Shown here in pieces: positions 29,064 through 38,389 of a stretch of 55,795 nt of DNA. The stretch is from contig JAYEMF010000149.1 in NCBI GenBank assembly GCA_034717975.1, positions 7,533 to 63,327 on the forward strand, in the 5' to 3' direction. Source of the DNA: Campylobacterota bacterium (GTDB lineage Bacteria > Campylobacterota > Campylobacteria > Campylobacterales > Sulfurimonadaceae). A program made the translations under genes and the position numbers. The stretch's first letter is position 1. Each line of letters starts with the position of its first letter. The notes under the pieces were generated by a model, which was not told where the DNA came from, did no database searches, and saw nothing but the letters and a program-made list of their open reading frames with translations.

Positions 29064-30483
29064 TCATTTAACAGGTGTTGGCAGTGAATCAAAACAGTTA
29101 GCGACATGGTACTTTACCGTTGCAGCTACGCTTTTAGGTGCTCAGTTGCTTTTTGGTCTTGTGGCTGCTATCCAGTACGTCATGCCAGGTTTCTTGTTTG
29201 AAGTTCTTGACTTTTCTGTAGCGAGAATGTTGCACATCAATGCACTGGTAGTATGGATGGTCTTTGCAATGTTCGGTGCGGTTTACTGGCTGCTTCCGGA
29301 TGAAACAGGGATTGAAACGGTCGGTATCAAGATCGGTAAACTTCTTTTCTTTGTTTTTACAGCAGCTGTTACTGTTGTTGTTCTTGTTTACCTATTTATT
29401 CAAGTCGGGCCTGCTACGGAAGCCTCTATCTGGTTTATCCATGAGGGACGCGAATATATTGAAGCACCTCGCTGGGCAGACTTTGGTATTGTTGTAGTGG
29501 CACTTGGATTTGTTTTCAATCTTTTTGCGACAGGTATCAAAGGAAATCAGACCGGTATTATTACTGTATTGATGGCAGATATGCTTGCTTTCGCAGGTCT
29601 CTATCTTGCAGGTATGTTCTTTACCGACAATATCTCTGTTGACCAGTTCTGGTGGTGGTGGGTTATCCACCTTTGGGTTGAAGCAACATGGGAAGTCTAT
29701 GTTGGTGCGATCGCTGCTTATGGTCTGATCACAATGATCGGTGCCAGCCGTAAAACGGTTGAGATGTGGCTATGGATCGAAGTAGCCATGCTGTTTGGTT
29801 CCGGTATTCTTGGTCTTGGTCACCACTATTTCTGGATCGGTACACCTGAGTACTGGTGGGAAATCGGTGCACTGTTCTCCGCACTTGAGCCGCTTCCGTT
29901 GGTTGCGATGTTTATCCACGTCCTTTATGACTGGGGTAAAGAGTGCGGTGTTGAAAAAGGTAGAGGCGAAGTTCACGAAATTAAAAATGTTCCGGCCTTT
30001 ACCTGGTTCGTACTGAATGCATTTGGTAACTTCCTTGGTGCCGGTGTCTGGGGCTTTTTCCATACTCTGCCACAGATTAACCTATATACGCACGGTACAC
30101 AATGGACTTCGTCACATGGTCACCTGGCATTCTTTGGTGCTTATGCGACGATCCTGATCGGTATGTTCTATCTGGCTGTCCAGGGTAGTAACGGCATTAA
30201 AGTTATGAAAAATACGAAAACAACCATCTGGGCAACATCGATGATCACCGGTGGTGTGGTTGGTATGACCGTAGCGCTGCTCATTGCAGGTTTTGGTCAG
30301 GTAATGATATCTCGTGCACAGATGGGCGCTACATGGGCCGGTTACTTTGACGGTCAAAGCGGTATGTGGTTTGCACAGGCAATGGATTGGAGACTTATTA
30401 TGGGTGTTATAACATTCTTAGGTTTCCTGTTCTTAGTCAAAGACTTGTTGAGCATCGGAAAAGCTGCTCATCATACAAGATAA
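29053..30483 (+). CDS. norB: Nitric oxide reductase catalytic subunit (cNOR)
   Basis: RMLHIN, GREYIE, HLWVE..WE, GHHYFWIG, FSALEP, HGHLAFFGAY. Confidence 0.95.
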   Translation: MASSHLTGVGSESKQLATWYFTVAATLLGAQLLFGLVAAIQYVMPGFLFEVLDFSVARMLHINALVVWMVFAMFGAVYWLLPDETGIETVGIKIGKLLFFVFTAAVTVVVLVYLFIQVGPATEASIWFIHEGREYIEAPRWADFGIVVVALGFVFNLFATGIKGNQTGIITVLMADMLAFAGLYLAGMFFTDNISVDQFWWWWVIHLWVEATWEVYVGAIAAYGLITMIGASRKTVEMWLWIEVAMLFGSGILGLGHHYFWIGTPEYWWEIGALFSALEPLPLVAMFIHVLYDWGKECGVEKGRGEVHEIKNVPAFTWFVLNAFGNFLGAGVWGFFHTLPQINLYTHGTQWTSSHGHLAFFGAYATILIGMFYLAVQGSNGIKVMKNTKTTIWATSMITGGVVGMTVALLIAGFGQVMISRAQMGATWAGYFDGQSGMWFAQAMDWRLIMGVITFLGFLFLVKDLLSIGKAAHHTR

Positions 30484-30493
30484 GGAGTTTATG

Positions 30494-30649
30494 ATGTTTG
30501 AACCATTTACAGACGTTGTTCCAAGTTTTTTTGGATGGTTAAATCAAGGTCCTCTGACCTTGACCATCTTCCTTCATACGGTGATTGTACTTCCAATGAT
30601 TTGGATCTACAAGCAGGAAAAAGCCCGTATCGAAGCAGAAGAGGGTTAA
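30494..30649 (+). CDS. Small single-TM protein between norB and nirS (below ORF-track cutoff)
   Basis: RBS aaggag at 30482; (M)MFEPFTDVVPSFFGWLNQGPLTLTIFLHTVIVLPMIWIYKQEKARIEAEEG*; alternative start 30491. Confidence 0.75.
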   Translation: MFEPFTDVVPSFFGWLNQGPLTLTIFLHTVIVLPMIWIYKQEKARIEAEEG

Positions 30650-30702
30650 GTTTGTTGGCACGGCCTTCGGGCCAGTGCTTAATCTGATTAAAAGGAGAAG
30701 AA

Positions 30703-32343
30703 ATGAGATTAAACAAAGTTGTTACTTCAGTTGCTGCATTAGCGGTAGTTTCTAGTGGTCTATTTGCTGATGTGTCCAAAATGGATGTAGAGAAAGTATT
30801 TGAGCGTGAGTGTCAAGGGTGTCACGGTCCAAACCATGAAGGTGGAGTTGGTTCAGACCTTCGTCCAAACGTCATTGGCAAGAAAAATGCTTATAAACTT
30901 ACTGAAGCTGTATTAAATGGTGTAGCTGGTACAGCTATGCCTCCGTTTAAAGAGAAATTCTCTAAAGCTGATGCCGATAAAATGGTTGATTACCTTCAAC
31001 ACTTTAAAGGCAAGAAAATGTCTGTGTTGACACTTGACAGTGTTAAAGCAGGTTGGAAACCACTTAATGACAGAATGAAATTCTTCAAAAAGTATCCAAC
31101 AGCTGCAGATGTTAAGAAAAACACAGATATCTGTTTCGTAACAGAGCGTGACGCAGAACGTGTTGCATTCGTTGACGGTACAACAGGTAAAATTCTTTCT
31201 AAACACCCGGCTGGTTTTGCGGTTCACGTAACTGTAACCAACAAACGTCAGCCTCGTTATGCTTACTCGATCTCTCGTTCAGGTCTTGTAACAATGTTCG
31301 ACCTTAACACTCCGGGTCAACAGAAAATTGCACAAACTCAGGTTGGTTCTGAGTCACGTGGTCTTGCGGTATCTCCAGATGGTAAATACATCATGGCTGG
31401 TAACTACACGCCAGGTGGTGCGATTCTTATGGACGCTATGACACTTGAGCCACTTAAAGTTTACCCGACTTCAAGTGTAATCGACCCTGATGGTAACATC
31501 GGTTCATCTCGTGTTGCAGGTATCTTCGATACTCCATATGGTCCGTACATTGCGTTCGCACTTAAAGATGGTGGTCACGTTTATATCGTAGATTACTCTA
31601 AAGAGGGATTCCCAATCGTTGGTGATATTCCAAACATTGGTAAAATTCTTCACGATGGTTTCCTGAATGAAGGTAAAGAGATTGGTCGTTACCTGTTCAT
31701 CGCATCTCAGGGTTCTGATGTTGTCGGTGTCGTTGACTTCAAAACTAAATCTCTAGTTACTAAGATATATACAGGTCCAGCTGCTAAGCCGCACCCGGGA
31801 CAAGGTTCTTCATGGTACAACGAGCAACTGGGTCAACAACTTGGTGCTACTGTTAACATGAATCTTGGTCAGGTAACAATCTGGGATGACAACTTTGATG
31901 TTGTTCGTCAAATTCCTATTGGTGGTGGTGGACTCTTCATCGGTACATCTGAGCACACTCCATTCCTATGGGCAGATAATGTACTTGGTGGCGAAGCTAA
32001 CTGGAACAAAGTTCACTTGATTAACAAGCAGACTCTTGAACTAGACAGAATCATTACTGTTGGTAAAACAAAAGGTACAGTTACAGATCCTGTAACTCAC
32101 AAAACACTTTACAGCTGGAAAGTTCCTACTGTTAAAGATGCTAAAGGTAAAGCGATTACTCCTCGTATCCTCCACGCTGAACCAGCGAACCATGGTCACT
32201 GGACTATGATCTCTGAGTGGAATGCAGGCCGTATCGGTATTTACGAAGCTAAAACTGGTAAATTTGTTAAGTATATCAAAGGTCTTACAACACCTACGTT
32301 TACTTACTCTATCGAGCACAGACAAACTATCCCAGGTGCATAA
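30703..32343 (+). CDS. nirS: Cytochrome cd1 nitrite reductase
   Basis: Signal peptide, CQGCH, AMPP, d1-domain AVH, LHDG, PHPGQG; codon usage typical of a highly expressed gene. Confidence 0.95.
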   Translation: MRLNKVVTSVAALAVVSSGLFADVSKMDVEKVFERECQGCHGPNHEGGVGSDLRPNVIGKKNAYKLTEAVLNGVAGTAMPPFKEKFSKADADKMVDYLQHFKGKKMSVLTLDSVKAGWKPLNDRMKFFKKYPTAADVKKNTDICFVTERDAERVAFVDGTTGKILSKHPAGFAVHVTVTNKRQPRYAYSISRSGLVTMFDLNTPGQQKIAQTQVGSESRGLAVSPDGKYIMAGNYTPGGAILMDAMTLEPLKVYPTSSVIDPDGNIGSSRVAGIFDTPYGPYIAFALKDGGHVYIVDYSKEGFPIVGDIPNIGKILHDGFLNEGKEIGRYLFIASQGSDVVGVVDFKTKSLVTKIYTGPAAKPHPGQGSSWYNEQLGQQLGATVNMNLGQVTIWDDNFDVVRQIPIGGGGLFIGTSEHTPFLWADNVLGGEANWNKVHLINKQTLELDRIITVGKTKGTVTDPVTHKTLYSWKVPTVKDAKGKAITPRILHAEPANHGHWTMISEWNAGRIGIYEAKTGKFVKYIKGLTTPTFTYSIEHRQTIPGA

Positions 32344-32349
32344 TTGCAC

Positions 32350-32374
32350 TTCTTCTCCCCTTGCGGGAGAAGAA
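32350..32374 (+). terminator. Stem-loop after nirS
   Basis: ttcttctccc-cttgc-gggagaagaa, 10-bp stem. Confidence 0.6.
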
Positions 32375-32486
32375 TCTCTTAAAACTACACAATTTTTCCA
32401 AATACAAAAATTTTACTACCACACTGGCTTTTCTATCATATATCTTCGTATATAATACAAAATTCAGTTACAGATTAAGAGATTAA

Positions 32487-32804
32487 ATGAAATTATTAAC
32501 CAATACTATGATGGGTGCAGTACTGTTTGGCACCCTTCTGTCTGCCGGTGATATGGGAGACGGAAAAAAAGTTTTTGAGACCTATTGCTGGGGATGCCAT
32601 CACCAGAGCGCGGTGGCGTTTGGACCTCCCTTCACGGAGATCGCTTCAAAGCGTACTTTAGACGAGATTAAGGCCTATGTTATTGAACCAAAAGCCATGT
32701 ATAAAGCCTTTGGTTATAAACGTACCGTGATGACCCAATTAAAACTTAATGATGAAGAGTTGGACTTAGTAGCAAACTATGTTCTCTCTTACAAAGGCAA
32801 ATAA
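32487..32804 (+). CDS. Monoheme cytochrome c (NirC/NirM-like)
   Basis: Signal peptide, CWGCH, FGPPF, distal Met; lies in the nir operon. Confidence 0.8.
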   Translation: MKLLTNTMMGAVLFGTLLSAGDMGDGKKVFETYCWGCHHQSAVAFGPPFTEIASKRTLDEIKAYVIEPKAMYKAFGYKRTVMTQLKLNDEELDLVANYVLSYKGK

Positions 32805-33925
32805 TGTTTAGACTCTCTAATTTAATTGCTTCAGTCGTTGAAAGCAAGCCTGAACGTATTTTAAACGGTTCGATAGCTATCTGGAACTTTACAAACCGAT
32901 GTAACCTCTCTTGTATGCACTGCTACTCGAAATCAACGTTGGATGAAGTCGATACCCTTACTACCGAGCAGATCAAAAAGACAATTCTTGAGATGAAAGC
33001 CAACGGGGTCAAGTTCATCATCTTCTCAGGCGGAGAACCGTTAACTCGCAAAGACCTCTTTGAGATCGCTGATTTTTGTAAAGATAACGGGATTATCACC
33101 TATCTTTCAAGTAATGGACTCTACTTTACCAAGGGTAATGTACAGCGTATTGTCGACACCTTTGATTATGTCGGTGTGAGTATCGATGGTGATGAACCGA
33201 CCCATGACTATTTCCGTGGACTCAAAGGTGCTTTCAAAGAGACGTTAAAAGCAGTTCAGCTGGCAAACGCTACCGGTGCAAAGGTCGGTATCCGTTTTAC
33301 CGTCACCAAAGAGACACTGGGCTCTTTAGAGTATATTTTCAACCTTGCAGAAGAGGAGAATATCCCTAAGATTTATATCTCGCACCTCGTCTACTCCGGA
33401 CGCGGATTGGATAATCTTAAGATGGATCTGACCAAAGAGCAGCGACGCACGGCTGTCAATTTTATTTTAGACAAGGCCTTCCAGTATTACAAGGAGGGGC
33501 GTGACATTGAGATCGTTACCGGAAATATGGAGCAGGACGCTATTTTATTTTTAAACCGTTTTTCGCAGGAGTATCCGGAGCTAAAAGAAAAAATGCGTGA
33601 ACGCCTGGTCAACTGGGGCGGCAACAGTGCCGGACGCAAGCTTCTGAACATCAACAGTGAAGGCGATGTCCGACCGGACCCGTTCTTTCCGTTAACTATT
33701 GGAAATATCATCGAGCAGGACTTCGGTGATATCTGGCAGAAGGGTGAACTGCTTGATCAGCTTCGCATCCATCCCAGAACACAGATCGGAGGGATCTGCG
33801 CCGATTGTGGACAGATCGATATCTGTAACGGCGGCTCACGGGCTCGTGCATACGCCATGACCGGTGACTTATGGAGTGAAGACCCTTCATGTTATTTAAC
33901 TGAGCAAGAAAGAAAGAGAGACTAG
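32804..33925 (+). CDS. nirJ: Heme d1 biosynthesis radical SAM protein
   Basis: WNFTNRCNLSCMHCY, SGGEPL, ISHLVYSGRG, C-terminal CxxC...C...C cluster. Confidence 0.88.
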   Translation: MFRLSNLIASVVESKPERILNGSIAIWNFTNRCNLSCMHCYSKSTLDEVDTLTTEQIKKTILEMKANGVKFIIFSGGEPLTRKDLFEIADFCKDNGIITYLSSNGLYFTKGNVQRIVDTFDYVGVSIDGDEPTHDYFRGLKGAFKETLKAVQLANATGAKVGIRFTVTKETLGSLEYIFNLAEEENIPKIYISHLVYSGRGLDNLKMDLTKEQRRTAVNFILDKAFQYYKEGRDIEIVTGNMEQDAILFLNRFSQEYPELKEKMRERLVNWGGNSAGRKLLNINSEGDVRPDPFFPLTIGNIIEQDFGDIWQKGELLDQLRIHPRTQIGGICADCGQIDICNGGSRARAYAMTGDLWSEDPSCYLTEQERKRD

Positions 33926-33927
33926 AT

Positions 33928-35061
33928 ATGTTTAAGAGACTATTACTAAGCAGTGCGATTATATCTTTGATGTTTACAGGTGTAAATGCAGCAGGTGTAA
34001 ATCCAATAACTTCGATGCTCAATACTAATGAAAAAGTATTTGTAGTCGAGAGAGAAAGTGAATCTTTAGCTATTGTGGAAAAAGGCTTGACACGAGGTCA
34101 TTTGACTGGAGTGCACAACATGAATCACGGTGTGGTTAAGTTTGACGGTAAAGATGGTTATGTAATAAGCCGTGATGGGTGGGTTGTGAAATTTGATCCG
34201 GAAAAAGAAGTGATTCTAAAAGAGGTTAAAACCAGTGACAGTGCTATTGGTTTTACAATAACAAAAAACTTTCTTGCCGTTGCCAATTATGCTAAAAAAA
34301 GTGTAGACATCCTGGATAGGGACCTGAATCCTCTGCAGTCATTTGAAACAGGTTCAAAAAATGTCGGCATTAAAACATACAAAGATTATCTGATCTTTTC
34401 ACAAATGGACAATGATAAGATCACTGTTTTAAAAGATAAAAACTATGGCAAAGCGCTTCCGGACTTTGAAATTCACAAAGAGTTTGAAGATGTCGGTGTT
34501 ATGCCATTTGATGCTATGATCAAGGACAACAACTTCATTACAGGTTTCTTTCAAAGTGATCACTTTGGTGTAGTTGATCTGGATACTATGAAATACTCAA
34601 AAATTAAAATCCTGCTTGAAGACAGAAAACCTGTTCTGAAAGTTCCACACTTTGGTTTTTGGAGTATTGGCGGCGGGTATGTGTTTATCCCGGCAGTTGG
34701 AAACAATAAAGTCCTGGTTTATACTCCTGATTTTAAATTTGTAAGAAATATTGAAACGGAAGGACTTCCTGTCTTTACGGCACTCAGTCCTGATAAAAAA
34801 TATTTGGCAGTAACATTCAGCGGTAAAAAATTTCCGGTAATTCAAATAATAGATACTAAAACTCTGAAAATCATTAAAAGATTTGAATTTGATGGCAAAG
34901 TTTTACATGTAAGATGGTCAAATATAAGACCAAACCTTTATGTATCCGTTAATGACGCAAATAAAATTGCTGTTATCGATACAAAAAGTTGGTATGTAAG
35001 TAGAGAAATGTTCCAAATCAAAAAACCATCGGGTATATTTATTTATGAGGAAAAAAAATAA
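33928..35061 (+). CDS. nirF: Heme d1 biosynthesis beta-propeller NirF
   Basis: VVERE, NHG, SRDG, VANY, MPFDA, LKVPHFGFW, KPSGIF. Confidence 0.85.
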   Translation: MFKRLLLSSAIISLMFTGVNAAGVNPITSMLNTNEKVFVVERESESLAIVEKGLTRGHLTGVHNMNHGVVKFDGKDGYVISRDGWVVKFDPEKEVILKEVKTSDSAIGFTITKNFLAVANYAKKSVDILDRDLNPLQSFETGSKNVGIKTYKDYLIFSQMDNDKITVLKDKNYGKALPDFEIHKEFEDVGVMPFDAMIKDNNFITGFFQSDHFGVVDLDTMKYSKIKILLEDRKPVLKVPHFGFWSIGGGYVFIPAVGNNKVLVYTPDFKFVRNIETEGLPVFTALSPDKKYLAVTFSGKKFPVIQIIDTKTLKIIKRFEFDGKVLHVRWSNIRPNLYVSVNDANKIAVIDTKSWYVSREMFQIKKPSGIFIYEEKK

Positions 35062-35795
35062 TGGGTAATGTTTATTTAACAGGAGCCGGTCCTGGAGATA
35101 TGGAGCTTTTAACGCTCAAGGCACTTCGTGTAGTCCAAGAGGCCGATGTAATCATCTATGACCGTCTTGCCAATCCTGATATTCTAAAAGAAGCCAAAAA
35201 CGGCTGCGAGTTCGTTTATGTCGGAAAGGAAGATGGCAGACATATTATGCCTCAGGATGTGATCAATGAGACTATCTACCAAAATGCATTAAAGTATGAA
35301 AATGTCGTACGCCTTAAAGGGGGTGACCCTTTTGTCTTTGGACGCGGCGGTGAAGAGGCGGCATACCTTTTTGAGCGAGGAGTTAAGTTTGAGATCATTC
35401 CAGGAATCACCTCGGCAGTAAGTGCACCGGCTTATGCAGGTATCCCGGTAACACATCGTGGTGTTGCGGTCTCTTTTCGCGTTGTCACCGGTCATGAATC
35501 GCCAAATAAAGAGACCTCGCAGATTCCATGGAACAACTTTAAAACGGATGATACTATTGTCTTTCTGATGGGTCTGCACAACCTCCCTAAGATCAGCAAA
35601 AAGCTTATGGAAATTGGAAAAGCAAAAGATTACCCATGTGCTGTAATTTCCAGAGGAACAACTCCAGATCAGAGTGTCGTGGTCGGTACGTTGGAAAATA
35701 TTGTAGAAAAAGCCAAAGATGTTCCTACGCCGGCATTGATCGTAGTTGGAAAAGTTGTTGAGCTGCGCGAACAACTACAATGGTTCGAGAAGTAG
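35061..35795 (+). CDS. cobA: Uroporphyrinogen-III C-methyltransferase (NirE/CobA)
   Basis: GAGPGD, YDRL, RLKGGDPFVFGRGGEE, PGITS. Confidence 0.93.
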   Translation: MGNVYLTGAGPGDMELLTLKALRVVQEADVIIYDRLANPDILKEAKNGCEFVYVGKEDGRHIMPQDVINETIYQNALKYENVVRLKGGDPFVFGRGGEEAAYLFERGVKFEIIPGITSAVSAPAYAGIPVTHRGVAVSFRVVTGHESPNKETSQIPWNNFKTDDTIVFLMGLHNLPKISKKLMEIGKAKDYPCAVISRGTTPDQSVVVGTLENIVEKAKDVPTPALIVVGKVVELREQLQWFEK

Positions 35796-36028
35796 GTACC
35801 GGGCTGAACACCGGTGCCTGATAGATAAAAAGTTAAAGGGAGAAGAAATGAGACTATTATGTAGTTCATTCTCTTTATCTGACAAAAGTATACAATAAGT
35901 AACGTAAAACAATAGTTAATCCACAGTAACTCAAAACTCAGTTTTATATTAAAGTTTTTATGAACCTTGGTTCCGAGTTACCGAGATAGTCAACCAATCT
36001 CTCTTCCAATTACTCAAGCAAAGCGACA

Positions 36029-37156
36029 CTACTCTACGATCAGTTTTACGCTAAAGCCTTCCATCGGTTCCGATAGTGCCTTATCGCTGAGCTTCATTTT
36101 TTTTGCTATTTTCGGTTTGATAACATAGCTGACCCAGGTTGATATCACTTTATCGCCTTTTTGAAGATCATTGATCTTGTAGGTAACGGTTTTTGTGCCC
36201 ATTGCCTCGAGGTTTTGATTGATCTTGTATGCTACGGCATTACCCGGATGTGTTGGGTGGCCCTCACTGTCTTTAAAGACAATGGCAAAAGTGGCATCCT
36301 TGTCTTCCATTGGGTTTTTTTCAAAGTTGCTCCAGATGATCTTCCCCTCTCTGCTTACAACTGTCTTGACAAATTTCAGACGCATAGGCTGGGTAATGAT
36401 CTTATGTCCCATTTTATTGATGATAGTGAGCGTTACCTGATCATCTTTTTGAGCCAGTTTGAGTTCGACCGCTTTTTTGACCATTTCAGCGGAGTGAATG
36501 CCTAAAAATTCATGGGTGGCATACTCATCACGACCGCGCTTGTTGAATTTTTCATTGCCGCCGGGAGCTTTCGGCATATGGCAGCCAATGCAGTCGCTTG
36601 TCTTCCCGTGCTGGTCGAGCGTATTGCAGACCTGCATCTCATGAACATTCTCCTTATGGGAGTGGCACCCCATGCATACCTCGCTGTTTTTGTAGATCTC
36701 ATTGTGTTCGGCATGGTGTTTATCGCTGTCGTCCGGTCTCTCCAGGTTTCCAAACATGGTCGGTTTCTCATCATGTTTGGCGCTTGAAAAGTTTATATTG
36801 TAGGTTTTACCGTGATAGATCTTGCTGATCTGGTGACAGTAAGCACACGATACCCCATCGGTTTGACGTTTATCATTCGGGTTTGGCTGATCAATCCCGC
36901 GAATGATCCCTGCAAGATTTGAAGTGGCCGGCATATGACATAATGCACAGGCATATTTATCTTTGGAGATCGTCTCTTTCATCTTGCGGTGGACTTCATC
37001 TGCAAAAAGTGAAGATTTATGATGCATTGACTTGGTGTGCTCATAATAGATGTCTTCGTGGCATTCGTTACAGCTTTCACTGTCGTAGTACTTGGCCTGA
37101 ATGTTTAAGCTCAAAAGCAATAAGAAGATAACTGCTATTTTCATGGGAAACTCCAA
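36029..37156 (-). CDS. Periplasmic pentaheme cytochrome c, paralog of 26344-27513
   Basis: CNECH, CALCH, CAYCH, CMGCH, CIGCH; start may be ATG 37144. Confidence 0.88.
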   Translation of the reverse strand: MEFPMKIAVIFLLLLSLNIQAKYYDSESCNECHEDIYYEHTKSMHHKSSLFADEVHRKMKETISKDKYACALCHMPATSNLAGIIRGIDQPNPNDKRQTDGVSCAYCHQISKIYHGKTYNINFSSAKHDEKPTMFGNLERPDDSDKHHAEHNEIYKNSEVCMGCHSHKENVHEMQVCNTLDQHGKTSDCIGCHMPKAPGGNEKFNKRGRDEYATHEFLGIHSAEMVKKAVELKLAQKDDQVTLTIINKMGHKIITQPMRLKFVKTVVSREGKIIWSNFEKNPMEDKDATFAIVFKDSEGHPTHPGNAVAYKINQNLEAMGTKTVTYKINDLQKGDKVISTWVSYVIKPKIAKKMKLSDKALSEPMEGFSVKLIVE

Positions 37157-37197
37157 AATGTCAAATCAGTACCATTTTACTGTATTTTATATTATAA

Positions 37198-37902
37198 TCA
37201 ATATTTTTCTAACTTATACTTATTCCAAAGTTCTTTAGCAGCCACATATCCGTCGTCGATCGCCAGTTGTGTCCACCCTTTGGCTTTGCCAAACTCCTCC
37301 TTGGAACAGTACACCTCTGCGAGCAGGTAAGCCGCTTCACTGTCGCCGCTTCTGGCATTTTTTTCGAGCCAAGGTATCGCTTCGTCAAACTTGACCAGCT
37401 GCATATAGACACGTCCTACTGATGCTTGAGCTTTAGGATGACCGCTTTGCGCAGCACTTTCAAGGTATTGCGCCGCTTTGGTTACATTACTGTCGGTGCC
37501 GTCACCCTGGTAGTACATCAAGGCGGTATTGTACTGTGCCTCTGTATGGTTGGCTGTCGCAGCGCGTTCAAGCCATGGAAGGGCTTTAGTGAAGTCCTGG
37601 CCGACAGGGGCACCGCTCAGGTACATCATGCCAAGGTCAAACTGGGCGGTCACATTGTCATTTTCAGCGGCTTTTGTCAGCCATGAGAGCCCTTGATCAA
37701 TATCTTTTGATGTTCCCAATCCGTTGAAATAGAAGTAACTTACGGCGCTTTGCGCTTTTGCATCACCTTTTTTGGCTTCAACAGTATAGAGGGAGAGGGC
37801 TTTGGCGTACTCTTTGTTCTGAAAAGCGTTGTAAGCCTGTGTAAGATCACCGGCAATAAGTAAAGAGGTAAGTGTTAAACCTGCAAGCAGTTGTTTTATC
37901 AT
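37198..37902 (-). CDS. Secreted Sel1-like repeat protein
   Basis: Signal peptide; repeated AQ..LG.MY..G...D..KA..W...AA. Confidence 0.88.
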   Translation of the reverse strand: MIKQLLAGLTLTSLLIAGDLTQAYNAFQNKEYAKALSLYTVEAKKGDAKAQSAVSYFYFNGLGTSKDIDQGLSWLTKAAENDNVTAQFDLGMMYLSGAPVGQDFTKALPWLERAATANHTEAQYNTALMYYQGDGTDSNVTKAAQYLESAAQSGHPKAQASVGRVYMQLVKFDEAIPWLEKNARSGDSEAAYLLAEVYCSKEEFGKAKGWTQLAIDDGYVAAKELWNKYKLEKY

Positions 37903-37919
37903 TATAGAGACTCCAAAGG

Positions 37920-38120
37920 CTAAAAATATTTGAGAAAGAGGGCGAGTACAAAAGCACCTAAAAATGTTGCGGCTGCAACCGTTCCCCGTTTTTGTGTTTC
38001 ACTGATGGCATATTTTTCTTCCAGAAAATCCCCAAGTTTGACTGCCGGATAGATAGTAAAAATAAACATGGGAAAGGTGAGTACCAGTAAAATAGTTAAA
38101 TCATTGACCTGAATGTCCAA
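37920..38120 (-). CDS. Small two-TM hypothetical protein
   Basis: Two hydrophobic helices, co-oriented with the Sel1 gene. Confidence 0.6.
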   Translation of the reverse strand: MDIQVNDLTILLVLTFPMFIFTIYPAVKLGDFLEEKYAISETQKRGTVAAATFLGAFVLALFLKYF

Positions 38121-38389
38121 GTAGAGCCTTTTTTTTGGACTTATTATATCTATAAAATTACAAAATAGATGCTTAGTAATTCACTTTCTCAAAAGATTGT
38201 CATGTATGTGTTTATTATAGAAAATATCCTGCTCAAATCATCAAAATAGTGTCAGATATTGTCAAAAATAGTACATGTTTGAAGATTATGAAACAAATAA
38301 CCAGATTGCATCTGTGTAGATGTGAAATAAAGAGAATTTTTATTAAAAATCTCTTATTATGAACTATTATTTTTTAAAAGGAAGTGATA

